A stretch of DNA of 64,000 nt from an uncultured Gammaproteobacteria bacterium (GCA_963702105.1 OY969712.1:5309378-5373377); one strand, 5' to 3'; numbered from the stretch's first letter, positions 17,509 through 26,712 are shown. Numbers and translations: made by a program. The notes: generated by a model not told the origin, from the sequence alone.

Positions 17509-17685
17509 TTCGTCTCCTCGAGCCCTGGCCGTCGAGTCCGCGCGACGGTGCGCCTCGAACGGAGGCTTTCCGGCGGTTCGGCCGTAGGATAGGACGGCGA
17601 GCGGCCTCGACGGAAGCCGCGGCCGGGCTGCAGACGCGCGAGGCCCTCCGGTATCATCGGCGGCGGAAGGGCTTGGAGTGGGCGG

Positions 17686-18351
17686 ATGACGGGGCGAACC
17701 AAACTGCTGGCGGACGAGGTATATGGATACCTGCTCGGCTGCTCCTCGAGAGAGCCCGAGGTCCTTTCGCGGCTGCGGGAGGAGACGGCCGCGCTGCCGC
17801 AGAGCATGATGCAGATCGGTCCGGACCAGGGCCAGCTCATGGCCTTGCTCGTCAAGCTCATCGGCGCCCGGCGGTGCATCGAGCTCGGCACGTTCACGGG
17901 CTACTCCGCGCTCGCGGTCGCCCTGGCTCTGCCGGCCGATGGCCGTCTCGTCACCTGCGACGTAAGCGCGGAGTGGACGGACATCGGCCGGCGCTACTGG
18001 CGCGAGGCGGGCGTCGAATCGCGCATCGAGCTCCGGCTCGGGCCGGCGCTCGAGACGTTGGAGCGGCTGCTCGGGCAGGGCGAGGCGAACCGCTTCGACT
18101 TCGCCTTCATCGACGCGGACAAGCCCAATTACCGCGCCTACTACGAGAAGCTGCTCACGCTCGTCAGGCCCGGCGGGCTCATCGCGGTGGACAACACCCT
18201 CGCCCTCTCGGGCGCGCCCATCATGAAGCAGCCGAACGCCAACGCGGCGGCCATGCGCGAGTTCAACGCCTTCGTGCACCGCGACGAGCGCGTGGACCTC
18301 GCAATGCTTTCGGTCGGCGAGGGCCTCACCTTGTTGCGCAAGCGCCCGTGA
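17686..18351 (+). CDS. Class I SAM-dependent O-methyltransferase (caffeoyl-CoA OMT family 3)
   Basis: 221-aa ORF. Motifs IELGTFTGYSALAVALALP, FDFAFIDADKPNY and GGLIAVDNTL. Confidence 0.88.
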   Translation: MTGRTKLLADEVYGYLLGCSSREPEVLSRLREETAALPQSMMQIGPDQGQLMALLVKLIGARRCIELGTFTGYSALAVALALPADGRLVTCDVSAEWTDIGRRYWREAGVESRIELRLGPALETLERLLGQGEANRFDFAFIDADKPNYRAYYEKLLTLVRPGGLIAVDNTLALSGAPIMKQPNANAAAMREFNAFVHRDERVDLAMLSVGEGLTLLRKRP

Positions 18352-18406
18352 CCCGCGCCCGCCGCGCGGCCCTCAGCCGTAAAAAGACGTTCAGCCGGAG
18401 CCGCCC

Positions 18407-19279
18407 GTGAGCACTTCGATCTACAAGTCCGGGCTCGGCGAGCACGCCGTGCGCTACCGCTATCTTCAGCTGCTCAAGCACTGGCCCGTGCCGAGCGAGC
18501 GCCTGCGCGTGCCGACGCGGGAAGGGGAGACGCATGTCATCGCGAGCGGTCCAAAAGGCGCTCCGCCGCTCGTGCTGCTGCACGGCGCGTCCTTCAACTC
18601 GGTGGGCTGGATGGGGGACGTGGCCGCCTGGTCGGAGCGCTTTCGCGTCTACGCCGTGGACATCATCGGCCAGGCCGGCCTCAGCGCGGCGAAGCGCCCG
18701 CGCTACGATTCGCAAGGCTATACACTTTGGCTCGACGACGTGCTGAACGGCCTCTCGGTCTCGGCCGCTTCGTTCGTGGGCCTCTCGCTCGGAGGCTGGA
18801 TCGCGCTCGACTACGGCATCCGCCGGCCGCAGCGCTGCCGCAGCCTCGTGCTGCTCGCGCCGGCCGGGATCGGCCGCGAGAGAATGAGCGCCTTCAAGCT
18901 GCTGTTCGTGATCCTGCCGCTGCTCTCGATGGGACGCTGGGGCCGCCGCAAGGCCATGGACATGATCCTCGGCCCGCGCCCGACTTCCGGTCGCGGTGCG
19001 GCGGCCGTCGAGGATTTCCTGTCGCTCATCGCGAAGCACTTTCGGCAGAACCGCGCCAAGCCGCGGCGGTTCGAGGACGCGGAGCTCGCCGGATTGGCCA
19101 TGCCGATTCTGCTCATCGTCGGGGGTCGGGACCCTGTCATCGATTCGGATGAGTCCAAGGCAAGGCTCGAGCGCACGGCCAAGAACGTCACCGTGCACTA
19201 TCTGCCCGAGGTCGGGCACGCCGTCCTCGGCCAGACGCGGCTCATACTCGATTTTCTGACGGGCCATTTGGAGGCTTAG
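18407..19279 (+). CDS. Alpha/beta-fold hydrolase
   Basis: 290-aa ORF with a GTG start. Motifs PPLVLLHGASFNS, nucleophile elbow GLSLGGW and C-terminal GHAV. Confidence 0.8.
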   Translation: MSTSIYKSGLGEHAVRYRYLQLLKHWPVPSERLRVPTREGETHVIASGPKGAPPLVLLHGASFNSVGWMGDVAAWSERFRVYAVDIIGQAGLSAAKRPRYDSQGYTLWLDDVLNGLSVSAASFVGLSLGGWIALDYGIRRPQRCRSLVLLAPAGIGRERMSAFKLLFVILPLLSMGRWGRRKAMDMILGPRPTSGRGAAAVEDFLSLIAKHFRQNRAKPRRFEDAELAGLAMPILLIVGGRDPVIDSDESKARLERTAKNVTVHYLPEVGHAVLGQTRLILDFLTGHLEA

Positions 19280-19288
19280 GGGGCTCGT

Positions 19289-20224
19289 ATGCCGCTCGAT
19301 CCGCAGGTCCGGCAGATGCTGGACGCCATGAACGCGCTGGGGCAGGAGCCCCTGGAAGCGTTGTCCGTCGAGGCGGCACGCCGCCGTTCGCACGCTCTCG
19401 TCGATCCGGCGGCGTTCCCGCGCTACGCCGGCCGCATCGAGAATCGGGTCGTGCCGGGGCCGGGAGGCGAACTGCCCGTGCGCATCTACCGGCCCGAGGG
19501 TCTCGGACCCCACCCGATCCTCATGTTCTTCCACGGCGGCGGCTTCGTGCTCGGCAGCCTCGACACGGCCGAGTCCGTTTGCCGCGCTCTCTCGGCTCGC
19601 TCCGGGAGCGTCGTCGTATCGGTCGACTATCGGTTGGCGCCGGAGCACAAGTTTCCGGCCGCCGTAGACGATTGCCTCGCGGCGACGCGCTGGGCGGCGG
19701 CCCAGGCGGCGGCGATCGGCGGCGACGCTTCGCGGCTCGCGGTATCGGGCGACAGCGCGGGCGGCAATCTCGCGGCCGTCGTCGCCTTGCGCTGCCGCGA
19801 CGAGGGCGGGCCGCCGCTGCGCGGACAGCTGCTGATCTACCCGATCACGGATCACTACTCGGCCGGCATGGCGTCTTACGAGGCCAACGCCGAGGGCTAT
19901 TTCCTCACGAAGGCCGGCATGCAGTGGTTTCTGGATCATTACCTCGACGGCGCCGAGGACGCGGCCCATCCTCACCTCGCGCCGCTGCGCGCGGAGGATC
20001 TCGGCGGCCTGCCGCCCGCCTTCGTCATCACGGCCGAGTTCGACCCGCTGCGCGACGAAGGCGACCGCTACGCCGAGCGGCTGCGGGCGGCCGGCGTAGA
20101 GACGGTGCATCGGCCCTGCCCGGGCATGATCCACGGCTTCTTCGCGCGCGTCGGGCTCATCGACCGCGCCGACGAGGTCATCGGCGAATCCTGCGCCTGG
20201 CTCGAGCGCGTCCTCGCGCCCTGA
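19289..20224 (+). CDS. Alpha/beta hydrolase fold-3 esterase/lipase (HSL family)
   Basis: 311-aa ORF. Oxyanion motif FFHGGGFVLGS, nucleophile GDSAGGNLA and C-terminal PGMIHGF. Confidence 0.88.
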   Translation: MPLDPQVRQMLDAMNALGQEPLEALSVEAARRRSHALVDPAAFPRYAGRIENRVVPGPGGELPVRIYRPEGLGPHPILMFFHGGGFVLGSLDTAESVCRALSARSGSVVVSVDYRLAPEHKFPAAVDDCLAATRWAAAQAAAIGGDASRLAVSGDSAGGNLAAVVALRCRDEGGPPLRGQLLIYPITDHYSAGMASYEANAEGYFLTKAGMQWFLDHYLDGAEDAAHPHLAPLRAEDLGGLPPAFVITAEFDPLRDEGDRYAERLRAAGVETVHRPCPGMIHGFFARVGLIDRADEVIGESCAWLERVLAP

Positions 20225-20374
20225 GTCTCCGCCCATCCGGATCAGCTCGCTGCGCTATGATGCACGGGCCCGGCTTCAACCCACGCCGATCGAGGCGGTC
20301 GTGGCCGAGGTCTGCGTCGCCGTCGTGGCAGGCGCAGTAGAACAACGACCCGCGGCACCTGAGGGGGAACGGCG

Positions 20375-21241
20375 ATGACGAACAAATTCGGAATCGAAAC
20401 CATGAAGACGGCGCTCGCGGCCTGTTTGCTGCTTTCGGTCGCGGTCGCCGCGCAGGCGAAATCCACGTGCACGAGGGCGGACCTGCAGACGGCCGTGGAC
20501 AGCTACATCGCGGCGCAGAAGGCCGGCGACGCCTCGAAGATGGCCGTGGCTGCGGACGCGAAATTTCTCGAGAACATGAAGGAAATCGCCGCGGCCGAGG
20601 GCCTGTGGAACCAGGCTTTGCCCATCGCGCACGCGCGCAGCTTCCTCGATTCGACGCGCTGCAAGACGTTCTCGGAGGTCATCGTCACGCAGGGCGGCCA
20701 TCCGTACGTGATCGGCACGCGGCTCTATGTGGACAACGGCAAAATCCAGCGGATCGACAGCCTCGTCACCGACAAGGGCGACTGGCTGTTCAACGCGAAT
20801 GCCTATCTTAAGTATTCGTCGGCCGAAGACTGGAGCGCGCCGAAGCCCGCGCAGCGCGTCTCGGCGCAGGCGCTGATCAACGCGGCGAACAGCTACCTCG
20901 ACGAGTTCTCGGACAAGTTCGTGCAGGTCCCCTGGGGCCGGCCGTGCGCCCGGCTCGAAGGCGGCGCCTACACGAACCGCAAGCACGACCCGAACGCGAC
21001 CTGCGAGGTCGGGATTCCGGCCGGCGTGCTCTACATCGTGAACCGCGACTACGTCGTCGATCCGGAGATGGGCGTCATCAACGTCTTCTGCCGCTTCGGG
21101 GACAGCAAGACCGGAATGCCGGATTCGCACACGTTCCGGCTCGTGAACGGCAAGCTCGCGAACGTGCATACTCTGAGCGTGAATCTGAATGCCGAGAGGC
21201 CTTCGCCGCAGGCCGACGACGACGGCGCGATCTTGCGGTAG
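20375..21241 (+). CDS. Hypothetical secreted Cys-containing protein
   Basis: 288-aa ORF. SD gaggggga 6 nt upstream. Signal peptide KTALAACLLLSVAVAAQA. Several Cys. No domain recognised. Confidence 0.6.
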   Translation: MTNKFGIETMKTALAACLLLSVAVAAQAKSTCTRADLQTAVDSYIAAQKAGDASKMAVAADAKFLENMKEIAAAEGLWNQALPIAHARSFLDSTRCKTFSEVIVTQGGHPYVIGTRLYVDNGKIQRIDSLVTDKGDWLFNANAYLKYSSAEDWSAPKPAQRVSAQALINAANSYLDEFSDKFVQVPWGRPCARLEGGAYTNRKHDPNATCEVGIPAGVLYIVNRDYVVDPEMGVINVFCRFGDSKTGMPDSHTFRLVNGKLANVHTLSVNLNAERPSPQADDDGAILR

Positions 21242-21278
21242 GTCGGAAAGGCGGAAAACGCGAAAGGCGAAGGACGGG

Positions 21279-22388
21279 TCAGAACCGCGCGTCCCATGTG
21301 AAGGCCAGCGACGGCACCGTGATGCCCGCCGTGCGCTGCAGCTCGAGCTTGAACGCGACTTCGGCGATGCGCTTGAACGCGGACCAGGCGTGGTCGTAGG
21401 CGAGCGACGTGCTGCGGCCGGCCGGAATGGCGCTGCCGTTCTGGAGGCTGAGCTTGAGCTCGTCGCGCCCGGGAATGATGGGCGGCATGAAGCCCGCGAA
21501 ATCGGTCTCGAAGCCGACCTTGACCGCCGCGGGCCCGCCGGCCGAGACGCTCTGCTCGAACGTCGCTTTACCCTGAATCGTGAAGGGCGTGTCCGCGAGG
21601 CCGATTGCGCCGAAGTTTTCCTTGAAACCAAACTTCAGTGACTGCAGCAGCGCGCCGTCCGTCGAGCGCTGGATGCGGCCCTCGAGCGAATCGACGAACT
21701 GCGGGAGCCCGTGCAGCAGGAAGCGCGTGTCGAGGACGGCTCGCCCTTCCCCCTGGTCCTCGACGGTCAAGGCTGTCTTCACGTCCATGAGGTTTCGGCC
21801 GAGCAGGTGCGTCTCGTCGAGCAGGTCCGCGAAGCCGAATTTCAGCGAGGCCGTCGAAGCGCTGCCCGAGGTGCGGCTGAAGCGGCCCTCGAGACCCTGC
21901 AGGAAAGAAGGCAGCGCCTCTAGAGATATTTTGGTGTCCGATGCGCTGCCCGACGAGGTGCCCTCGCCCCAGTCGGCGAAGCGCAGGTTTGTCTGCACGC
22001 GCACGTCGTCGCCGAGGGCGAACGAGGACTGCACCCGCGGCAGCGCCTCGGCGCGGCCGTCTTCGGCGCGGAACGTCAAGTCGGCCGCGAGGTTCACTCC
22101 GCCCTCGCTGACCGCGAAACCGGTCTTGCCTTGAGCCTCCCGCCCGTCCGAGAGTTGCAGATAGGAGCTGACGGGCGCGGCATCGGCTCGCGCTGCGAAC
22201 AGCGCGGTCACGGCGAGCACGAGGCCGTGCGGCAGACGACGGCCATCGGCCGGCGAGGCCTGCACGCCTCCGGAGTACCTTCGGATCGGACCCAATACGC
22301 AAACCCCGTCCTGCGCCTGAGTCTCCCACGACCCCGGAACGCGGGGCTCCCACCCCTTTGCCCTGCGGCAGCATTCCGGTCGGCGCAA
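21279..22388 (-). CDS. Putative outer-membrane beta-barrel protein with an internal 69-aa repeat
   Basis: The ORF ends in the OMP-like beta-signal LAFTWDARF. Alternating hydrophobic strands. Signal-like LVLAVTALFAARADA. No in-frame ATG, so the start is uncertain (TTG 22388, TTG 22295 or GTG 22265). Confidence 0.5.
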   Translation of the reverse strand: MRRPECCRRAKGWEPRVPGSWETQAQDGVCVLGPIRRYSGGVQASPADGRRLPHGLVLAVTALFAARADAAPVSSYLQLSDGREAQGKTGFAVSEGGVNLAADLTFRAEDGRAEALPRVQSSFALGDDVRVQTNLRFADWGEGTSSGSASDTKISLEALPSFLQGLEGRFSRTSGSASTASLKFGFADLLDETHLLGRNLMDVKTALTVEDQGEGRAVLDTRFLLHGLPQFVDSLEGRIQRSTDGALLQSLKFGFKENFGAIGLADTPFTIQGKATFEQSVSAGGPAAVKVGFETDFAGFMPPIIPGRDELKLSLQNGSAIPAGRSTSLAYDHAWSAFKRIAEVAFKLELQRTAGITVPSLAFTWDARF

Positions 22389-22469
22389 TCATTCCAGATC
22401 CTCCCAGACCACGCGTCCGGGATCAAGGATGAAGTTCACGTTAGGAGGGCGGGCCGAGGTCGAGTGAAG

Positions 22470-22736
22470 TCATTTGCGTGCGCCGAGCCGCGCGAGCATC
22501 GCCGAGAGGGCTTCAGGGCTGATGTAGAAGTGCTCGCACACACGGCCCCACAGCATGGCCGTCGGCACGTTGCGCCCGCCGCGTTCCTTCTGAGTTTCGT
22601 GCAGGACGTGCAAGACGATGCGCTCCCTGCGCGTCAGCCCGTCGCGTACGTCGGGCACGAAGTCGCGCAGATCCACGAGATCGGCGAGCCGGGCGTCGAA
22701 GGCCGGCCCGTCGGGCGGCGGAGCGTCGTTCGGCAT
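22470..22736 (-). CDS. Small (88 aa) protein resembling the N-terminal winged-helix segment of type IIA topoisomerase subunit A (GyrA/ParC)
   Basis: ATG 22736 (MPNDAPPP); a GTG at 22808 is also possible. Contains VPDVRDGLTRRERIVLHVL, compared with Gyr[20 protein letters not shown]. GC3-rich codons. The stop comes well before the catalytic Tyr region. Confidence 0.55.
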   Translation of the reverse strand: MPNDAPPPDGPAFDARLADLVDLRDFVPDVRDGLTRRERIVLHVLHETQKERGGRNVPTAMLWGRVCEHFYISPEALSAMLARLGARK

Positions 22737-22818
22737 GTTTTGGATTGTAGCCCGGGCAGTGCGGGCCGTGACGATGCCCCATCTCGATGTCCCGGGAGAG
22801 ACGGGCACGGTTCGCTCT

Positions 22819-23523
22819 TCAAGGTCCCTGCATCGTCCGGCGGCCTCGGCCGGACAGCTGCCTGAACACGAGAAATGCGCGGCCGGCGGGCGTCAGCGCA
22901 TAGCGCGTCTTGCCGTCGTCTCCGCCCGCCGCCCTCGTCAGCAGGTTGAGCTTCTCGAGCCGTCTCAATACGCGCCGCGCTTCGGTTTTGCCGAGACCCA
23001 CGGCCGTCTCAACGTCGCCGATGCGCAGGGTCGCGCCGGGCGTCAGCTTCGAGTGCACGTGCAACACCTTGAGCTCCGCGACGCTGACCTCGACTTCCTC
23101 GGTGAGCTCGAGCACTGGCTCCGCACGCCGGCGCGGCAGGTTCTCGCCCCGCATCCGGCGCAGGCGGTAAGCGGCTAGGTTGATTGCGATGCGCACACGC
23201 GAGCGGCCGACGTCGTAAAGGCGGGCGATGCGCTGCGTCAGCGCGCGGTCGAAATCGCAAACGGCGCCGTAGGCCGTCGCCGTGACGAGGAGCGCCGTGA
23301 GCCAAGCCAGTGCCGAGACGAAGCCCGAAAAGACGCCGCCGTAATCGGCGCTCGAGAGGTGCAGGAATGCGGCGGCGCGCGGCGCGTGCGCCGCGAGTGC
23401 AAAGATCAGCCGGTCACCCGGAGCGAAGAACAGCCGCCCGAGCCAGGCGGCGGCGCCGAGCGTCGGCATGGCGCCGAGGCCGTGGGGTCCGAGCAGCGCA
23501 GGCGGCTTCGGTATGGTGCTCAT
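22819..23523 (-). CDS. Hypothetical membrane-anchored winged-helix (MarR/ArsR-like) protein
   Basis: ATG 23523 (MSTIPKPP) inside ORF 22819..23730. N-terminal hydrophobic segments (FSGFVSALAWLTALLVTATAYGAV). C-terminal wHTH-like LRIGDVETAVGLGKTEARRVLRRLEKLNLLTR, then GKTRYALTPAG. Confidence 0.55.
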   Translation of the reverse strand: MSTIPKPPALLGPHGLGAMPTLGAAAWLGRLFFAPGDRLIFALAAHAPRAAAFLHLSSADYGGVFSGFVSALAWLTALLVTATAYGAVCDFDRALTQRIARLYDVGRSRVRIAINLAAYRLRRMRGENLPRRRAEPVLELTEEVEVSVAELKVLHVHSKLTPGATLRIGDVETAVGLGKTEARRVLRRLEKLNLLTRAAGGDDGKTRYALTPAGRAFLVFRQLSGRGRRTMQGP

Positions 23524-23710
23524 GGATCGGCAACCCCGCTGTCCGCGGCGGCCGCGTCGATGGCATCGGCGCCGTGGACCGGAAGCTTTGCGTCCCCGCC
23601 TTTCGACGGGTTTGCCCTTGTCGGTCCGGCCAGTGTGCGGGAGCGCGGGTGCTGCGGCAACGGAGATTTGACAGAAGGCGCTCGCGCGGATGTTGCCGAG
23701 GCGCGGCTGG

Positions 23711-24469
23711 TCAGTGCTCGAGGATCGCACCCGCGAAGGCTTGCCAGAGCGCGGTCGCGCCGAGGACGTCGTGCAGGCTCTGGCTCGCGAGGACGAGTAG
23801 TCCGCCTGCGAGGTAGACGGGCGAGACGCGGCGCCGCGACAGGAGATCGTAGAGCACGGCCACTGCGATGAACGCGTCCGTGATGCCGTAGTAGGCGAGC
23901 GGCGAGTCTCCTAGACCTTGCACGGGCCAGCGGCCGACGGCCGGGTCGAGAATGCTGATCGTCGCGAGCAGCATGAGGCGCTTGTGCCATTCGGGGCGCG
24001 TGCGCAGGGCGACGGCCGCCGCGACGAGCGTCGCGAACACCGCGAGCGCCAGCACCGGCGTTGCGAAGAAGGCGAGTTCCTCGGCTTCGTAGCCGGCCGC
24101 GATGTCTCGCCGCCCCTGAAACAGCGCCGCGGCTGCGGCGGCGACGAGCATGGCGGCCGCGATGCAGGCGCCGGCCCAGCCGAGGCGTCGGTGGAGCCGG
24201 CGGCGATCGGCGGAGACGAGCGCGGTCTGGACGACGAAGAGCCCGATCCAGGCCGTAAAGACGAGCCCGTGAACGGCGACGACGGTGGGCAGCGGCGAAG
24301 GGTCGAACCAGTGCCGCAGGTAGAACGTGCGCGCGAACCCGAGAAACACCGCGGCCGCGGCGGCGGCCGCCATGCTCGTATAGAAAACGCGGTCGCGTCG
24401 ATTCGCGCCCGCTCCGCGGACGGTGATGTGCCCCCCGATCGCGTTCACCGCATGGCTCCCTGCTCGCAC
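23711..24469 (-). CDS. Hypothetical polytopic inner-membrane protein
   Basis: 252-aa ORF with about six hydrophobic helices (VVAVHGLVFTAWIGLFVV, AGACIAAAMLVAAAAAAL, VLALAVFATLVAAAVAL and others). GTG start at 24469; alternative ATG at 24373. Confidence 0.55.
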   Translation of the reverse strand: MRAGSHAVNAIGGHITVRGAGANRRDRVFYTSMAAAAAAAVFLGFARTFYLRHWFDPSPLPTVVAVHGLVFTAWIGLFVVQTALVSADRRRLHRRLGWAGACIAAAMLVAAAAAALFQGRRDIAAGYEAEELAFFATPVLALAVFATLVAAAVALRTRPEWHKRLMLLATISILDPAVGRWPVQGLGDSPLAYYGITDAFIAVAVLYDLLSRRRVSPVYLAGGLLVLASQSLHDVLGATALWQAFAGAILEH

Positions 24470-24579
24470 CTGGGTCCGCCATTCTTGGCCGGCGCCGACG
24501 CGCGATCAAGGACGGGCTCCGCCGCCGAAGGCCCCGCGCGGCGGCTGCATTTTTGTACAGCTTGGGCCATGATACCGCC

Positions 24580-26712
24580 ATGAACGCGAGCACGCAGTCG
24601 GGCGAAGCCCCGGCCGGCGCGCCGGAGGAGGCGCCGGCCGTCTTCGGCCGGGCCTTGAACGCCGCGCAGCGGCGCGCGGCGACCTTCGGCAGCGCCGCAG
24701 CCGGCCGCCTCGCGGCGGCTCCGTTGCTCATCATCGCCGGGGCGGGCACGGGCAAGACGAACACGCTCGCGCATCGCGTCGCCCATCTGCTGTTGAACGG
24801 CGTCGCGGGCGAGCGGATTCTCCTGTTGACCTTCACGCGCCGGGCGGCCCAGGCCATGCTCCAGCGCGCCGAGCGCATCACGCGCGAGACGCTGCGGGAG
24901 ACGAAGGTCGTGCGCAGCGGCGCGACCGACCCCACGCGCGGGCTCTGGTCCGGCACTTACCACTCGATAGGCAACCGGCTGCTGCGGGAATATGCGAGCG
25001 TGCTCGGGCTCGATCCTGCCTTCTCGGTGCTCGACCGCGGGGACGCGGCGGATCTCATGGATCTCGTGCGCCAGGAGCTCGGCTACGCAAAGAAGGACAA
25101 GCGCTTCCCGCGCAAGGACACGTGCCTCGCGATCTACTCGCACCGCGTCAACGCCGCGCGTCCGCTCGGCGCGACACTCGAAGAGCAGTTTCCATGGTGC
25201 GCGGAGTGGGAGGCCGATCTCAAGTCGCTGTACCGCCGCTATACCGAGGTCAAGCAGAGCCAGCACCTGCTCGATTACGACGACCTGCTCCTCTACTGGA
25301 GTCTGCTCGTGCGCGAGCCGCGCGTCGCGCGCGAGCTCGGCGCGCGGTTCGACCACGTTCTCATCGACGAGTACCAGGATACGAACACGCTGCAGGCGGA
25401 GATCGTCTATGCCATGAAACCGGATGGGGCCGGCGTATGCGTCGTCGGCGACGATGCGCAGTCGATCTATTCGTTTCGCGCCGCGACGGTCGAGAACATC
25501 CTCGCGTTTCCGCAGCGCTTCTCGCCGGCGGCCGAGGTCGTCAAGCTCGAGCAGAACTACCGCTCGACGCAGCCCATCCTCGATGCGGCCAATGCCCTCA
25601 TGCTCGAGGCCGAGCGGCAGTATCAGAAGGCGCTGCGCTCTGACCGCGCGTCGAGCCGCAGGCCGCGCTACGTGAGCGTACGGGACGATCGCGCCCAGGC
25701 CCTCTACGTCGTCGAGCAGGTCCTCGGCACGCGCGAGCAGGGCGTGCCGCTGCACCGCCAGGCCGTGCTCGTGCGCAGCTCCCACCACAGCGACGCGCTC
25801 GAGCTCGAGCTGGTGAGGCGCAACATCCCGTACGTGAAGTACGGCGGGCTCAAGTTCCTGGAGGCGGCGCACGTCAAGGACGTGCTGGCGGTGCTGCGCT
25901 GGGCCGACAATCCCCGCAACCGGCTCGCCGGGTTCCGCGCGCTGCAGCTGCTGCCCGGGGTCGGGCCCGCGACGGCCGATCGTTGCCTCAAGGTCTTCGA
26001 GGCCAGCGGTTATTCCTGGTCGCTGTTGCGGGAGTATCGAATGCCCGGGGGCGGGGAGACGGAGTGGGCGAGCCTCGCGGCGCTGCTCGAGACGCTCGCG
26101 GGCCGCGCCGAATGGGCCGGTCAGCTCGGCCTCGTGCGCGAATGGTACGAGCCGCAGCTCGAGCGTCTCTACGACGCGGCCCGCGTGCGTGCGGCGGACA
26201 TCGAGCAGCTCGAGCGGCTGTCGGCGCAGTACGGCACGCGCGAACGGTTCGTGACCGAGCTGACCCTCGACCCGCCGCAGGTCACAGGCGATCTCGCCGG
26301 CGATCCGCTGCTCGACGAGGACTATCTGATTCTCTCGACCGTCCATTCGGCCAAGGGCCAGGAGTGGGACTCGGTCTACGTGCTGAACGTCGCGGACGGC
26401 AACTTCCCCAACGAGCACGCGGCGGGAAAGCCTGCGCTCATCGAGGAGGAACGCAGGCTCCTCTACGTCGCGATTACGCGCGCCAAGCAGGATCTGCACC
26501 TGATTGCGCCGCTCAAGTATTACGTGACGCGCCAGACCCGCACGGGGGACGCCCACGTCTACGGCGCGCGCAGCCGTTTCATGACGGACTCGGTCTTGGC
26601 GCGCTTCGAGCAGACCGCATGGCCGCCCGAAGCGGAAAGCGGGCCCGCGCCCGTACGGGATGCGGGGGTGCGTGTGGATGCGGCGGGCGCCTTGCGGGCG
26701 ATGTGGGAGTAG
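24580..26712 (+). CDS. UvrD/Rep/PcrA-family ATP-dependent DNA helicase (accessory type)
   Basis: The ATG at 24580 is preferred. Helicase motifs LLIIAGAGTGKTNTL (Walker A), LLLTFTRRAA, VLIDEYQDTN, VVGDDAQSIYSFRAA, LEQNYRS, VHSAKGQEWDSVYV and LLYVAITRAK. Confidence 0.9.
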   Translation: MNASTQSGEAPAGAPEEAPAVFGRALNAAQRRAATFGSAAAGRLAAAPLLIIAGAGTGKTNTLAHRVAHLLLNGVAGERILLLTFTRRAAQAMLQRAERITRETLRETKVVRSGATDPTRGLWSGTYHSIGNRLLREYASVLGLDPAFSVLDRGDAADLMDLVRQELGYAKKDKRFPRKDTCLAIYSHRVNAARPLGATLEEQFPWCAEWEADLKSLYRRYTEVKQSQHLLDYDDLLLYWSLLVREPRVARELGARFDHVLIDEYQDTNTLQAEIVYAMKPDGAGVCVVGDDAQSIYSFRAATVENILAFPQRFSPAAEVVKLEQNYRSTQPILDAANALMLEAERQYQKALRSDRASSRRPRYVSVRDDRAQALYVVEQVLGTREQGVPLHRQAVLVRSSHHSDALELELVRRNIPYVKYGGLKFLEAAHVKDVLAVLRWADNPRNRLAGFRALQLLPGVGPATADRCLKVFEASGYSWSLLREYRMPGGGETEWASLAALLETLAGRAEWAGQLGLVREWYEPQLERLYDAARVRAADIEQLERLSAQYGTRERFVTELTLDPPQVTGDLAGDPLLDEDYLILSTVHSAKGQEWDSVYVLNVADGNFPNEHAAGKPALIEEERRLLYVAITRAKQDLHLIAPLKYYVTRQTRTGDAHVYGARSRFMTDSVLARFEQTAWPPEAESGPAPVRDAGVRVDAAGALRAMWE

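Noticed and set aside
24445-26556. 703-aa minus-strand ORF
   Set aside because: It is antisense to the UvrD-family helicase and has low-complexity Arg/Leu/Glu composition.
24580-26712. UvrD-like helicase as part of a Gabija- or Nhi-type anti-phage system
   Set aside because: No OLD/TOPRIM nuclease partner is adjacent, and no nuclease domain is fused to the helicase. The motifs are those of a complete, ordinary SF1A helicase. Only the positional link to the unknown three-gene block is kept, as a low-confidence idea.
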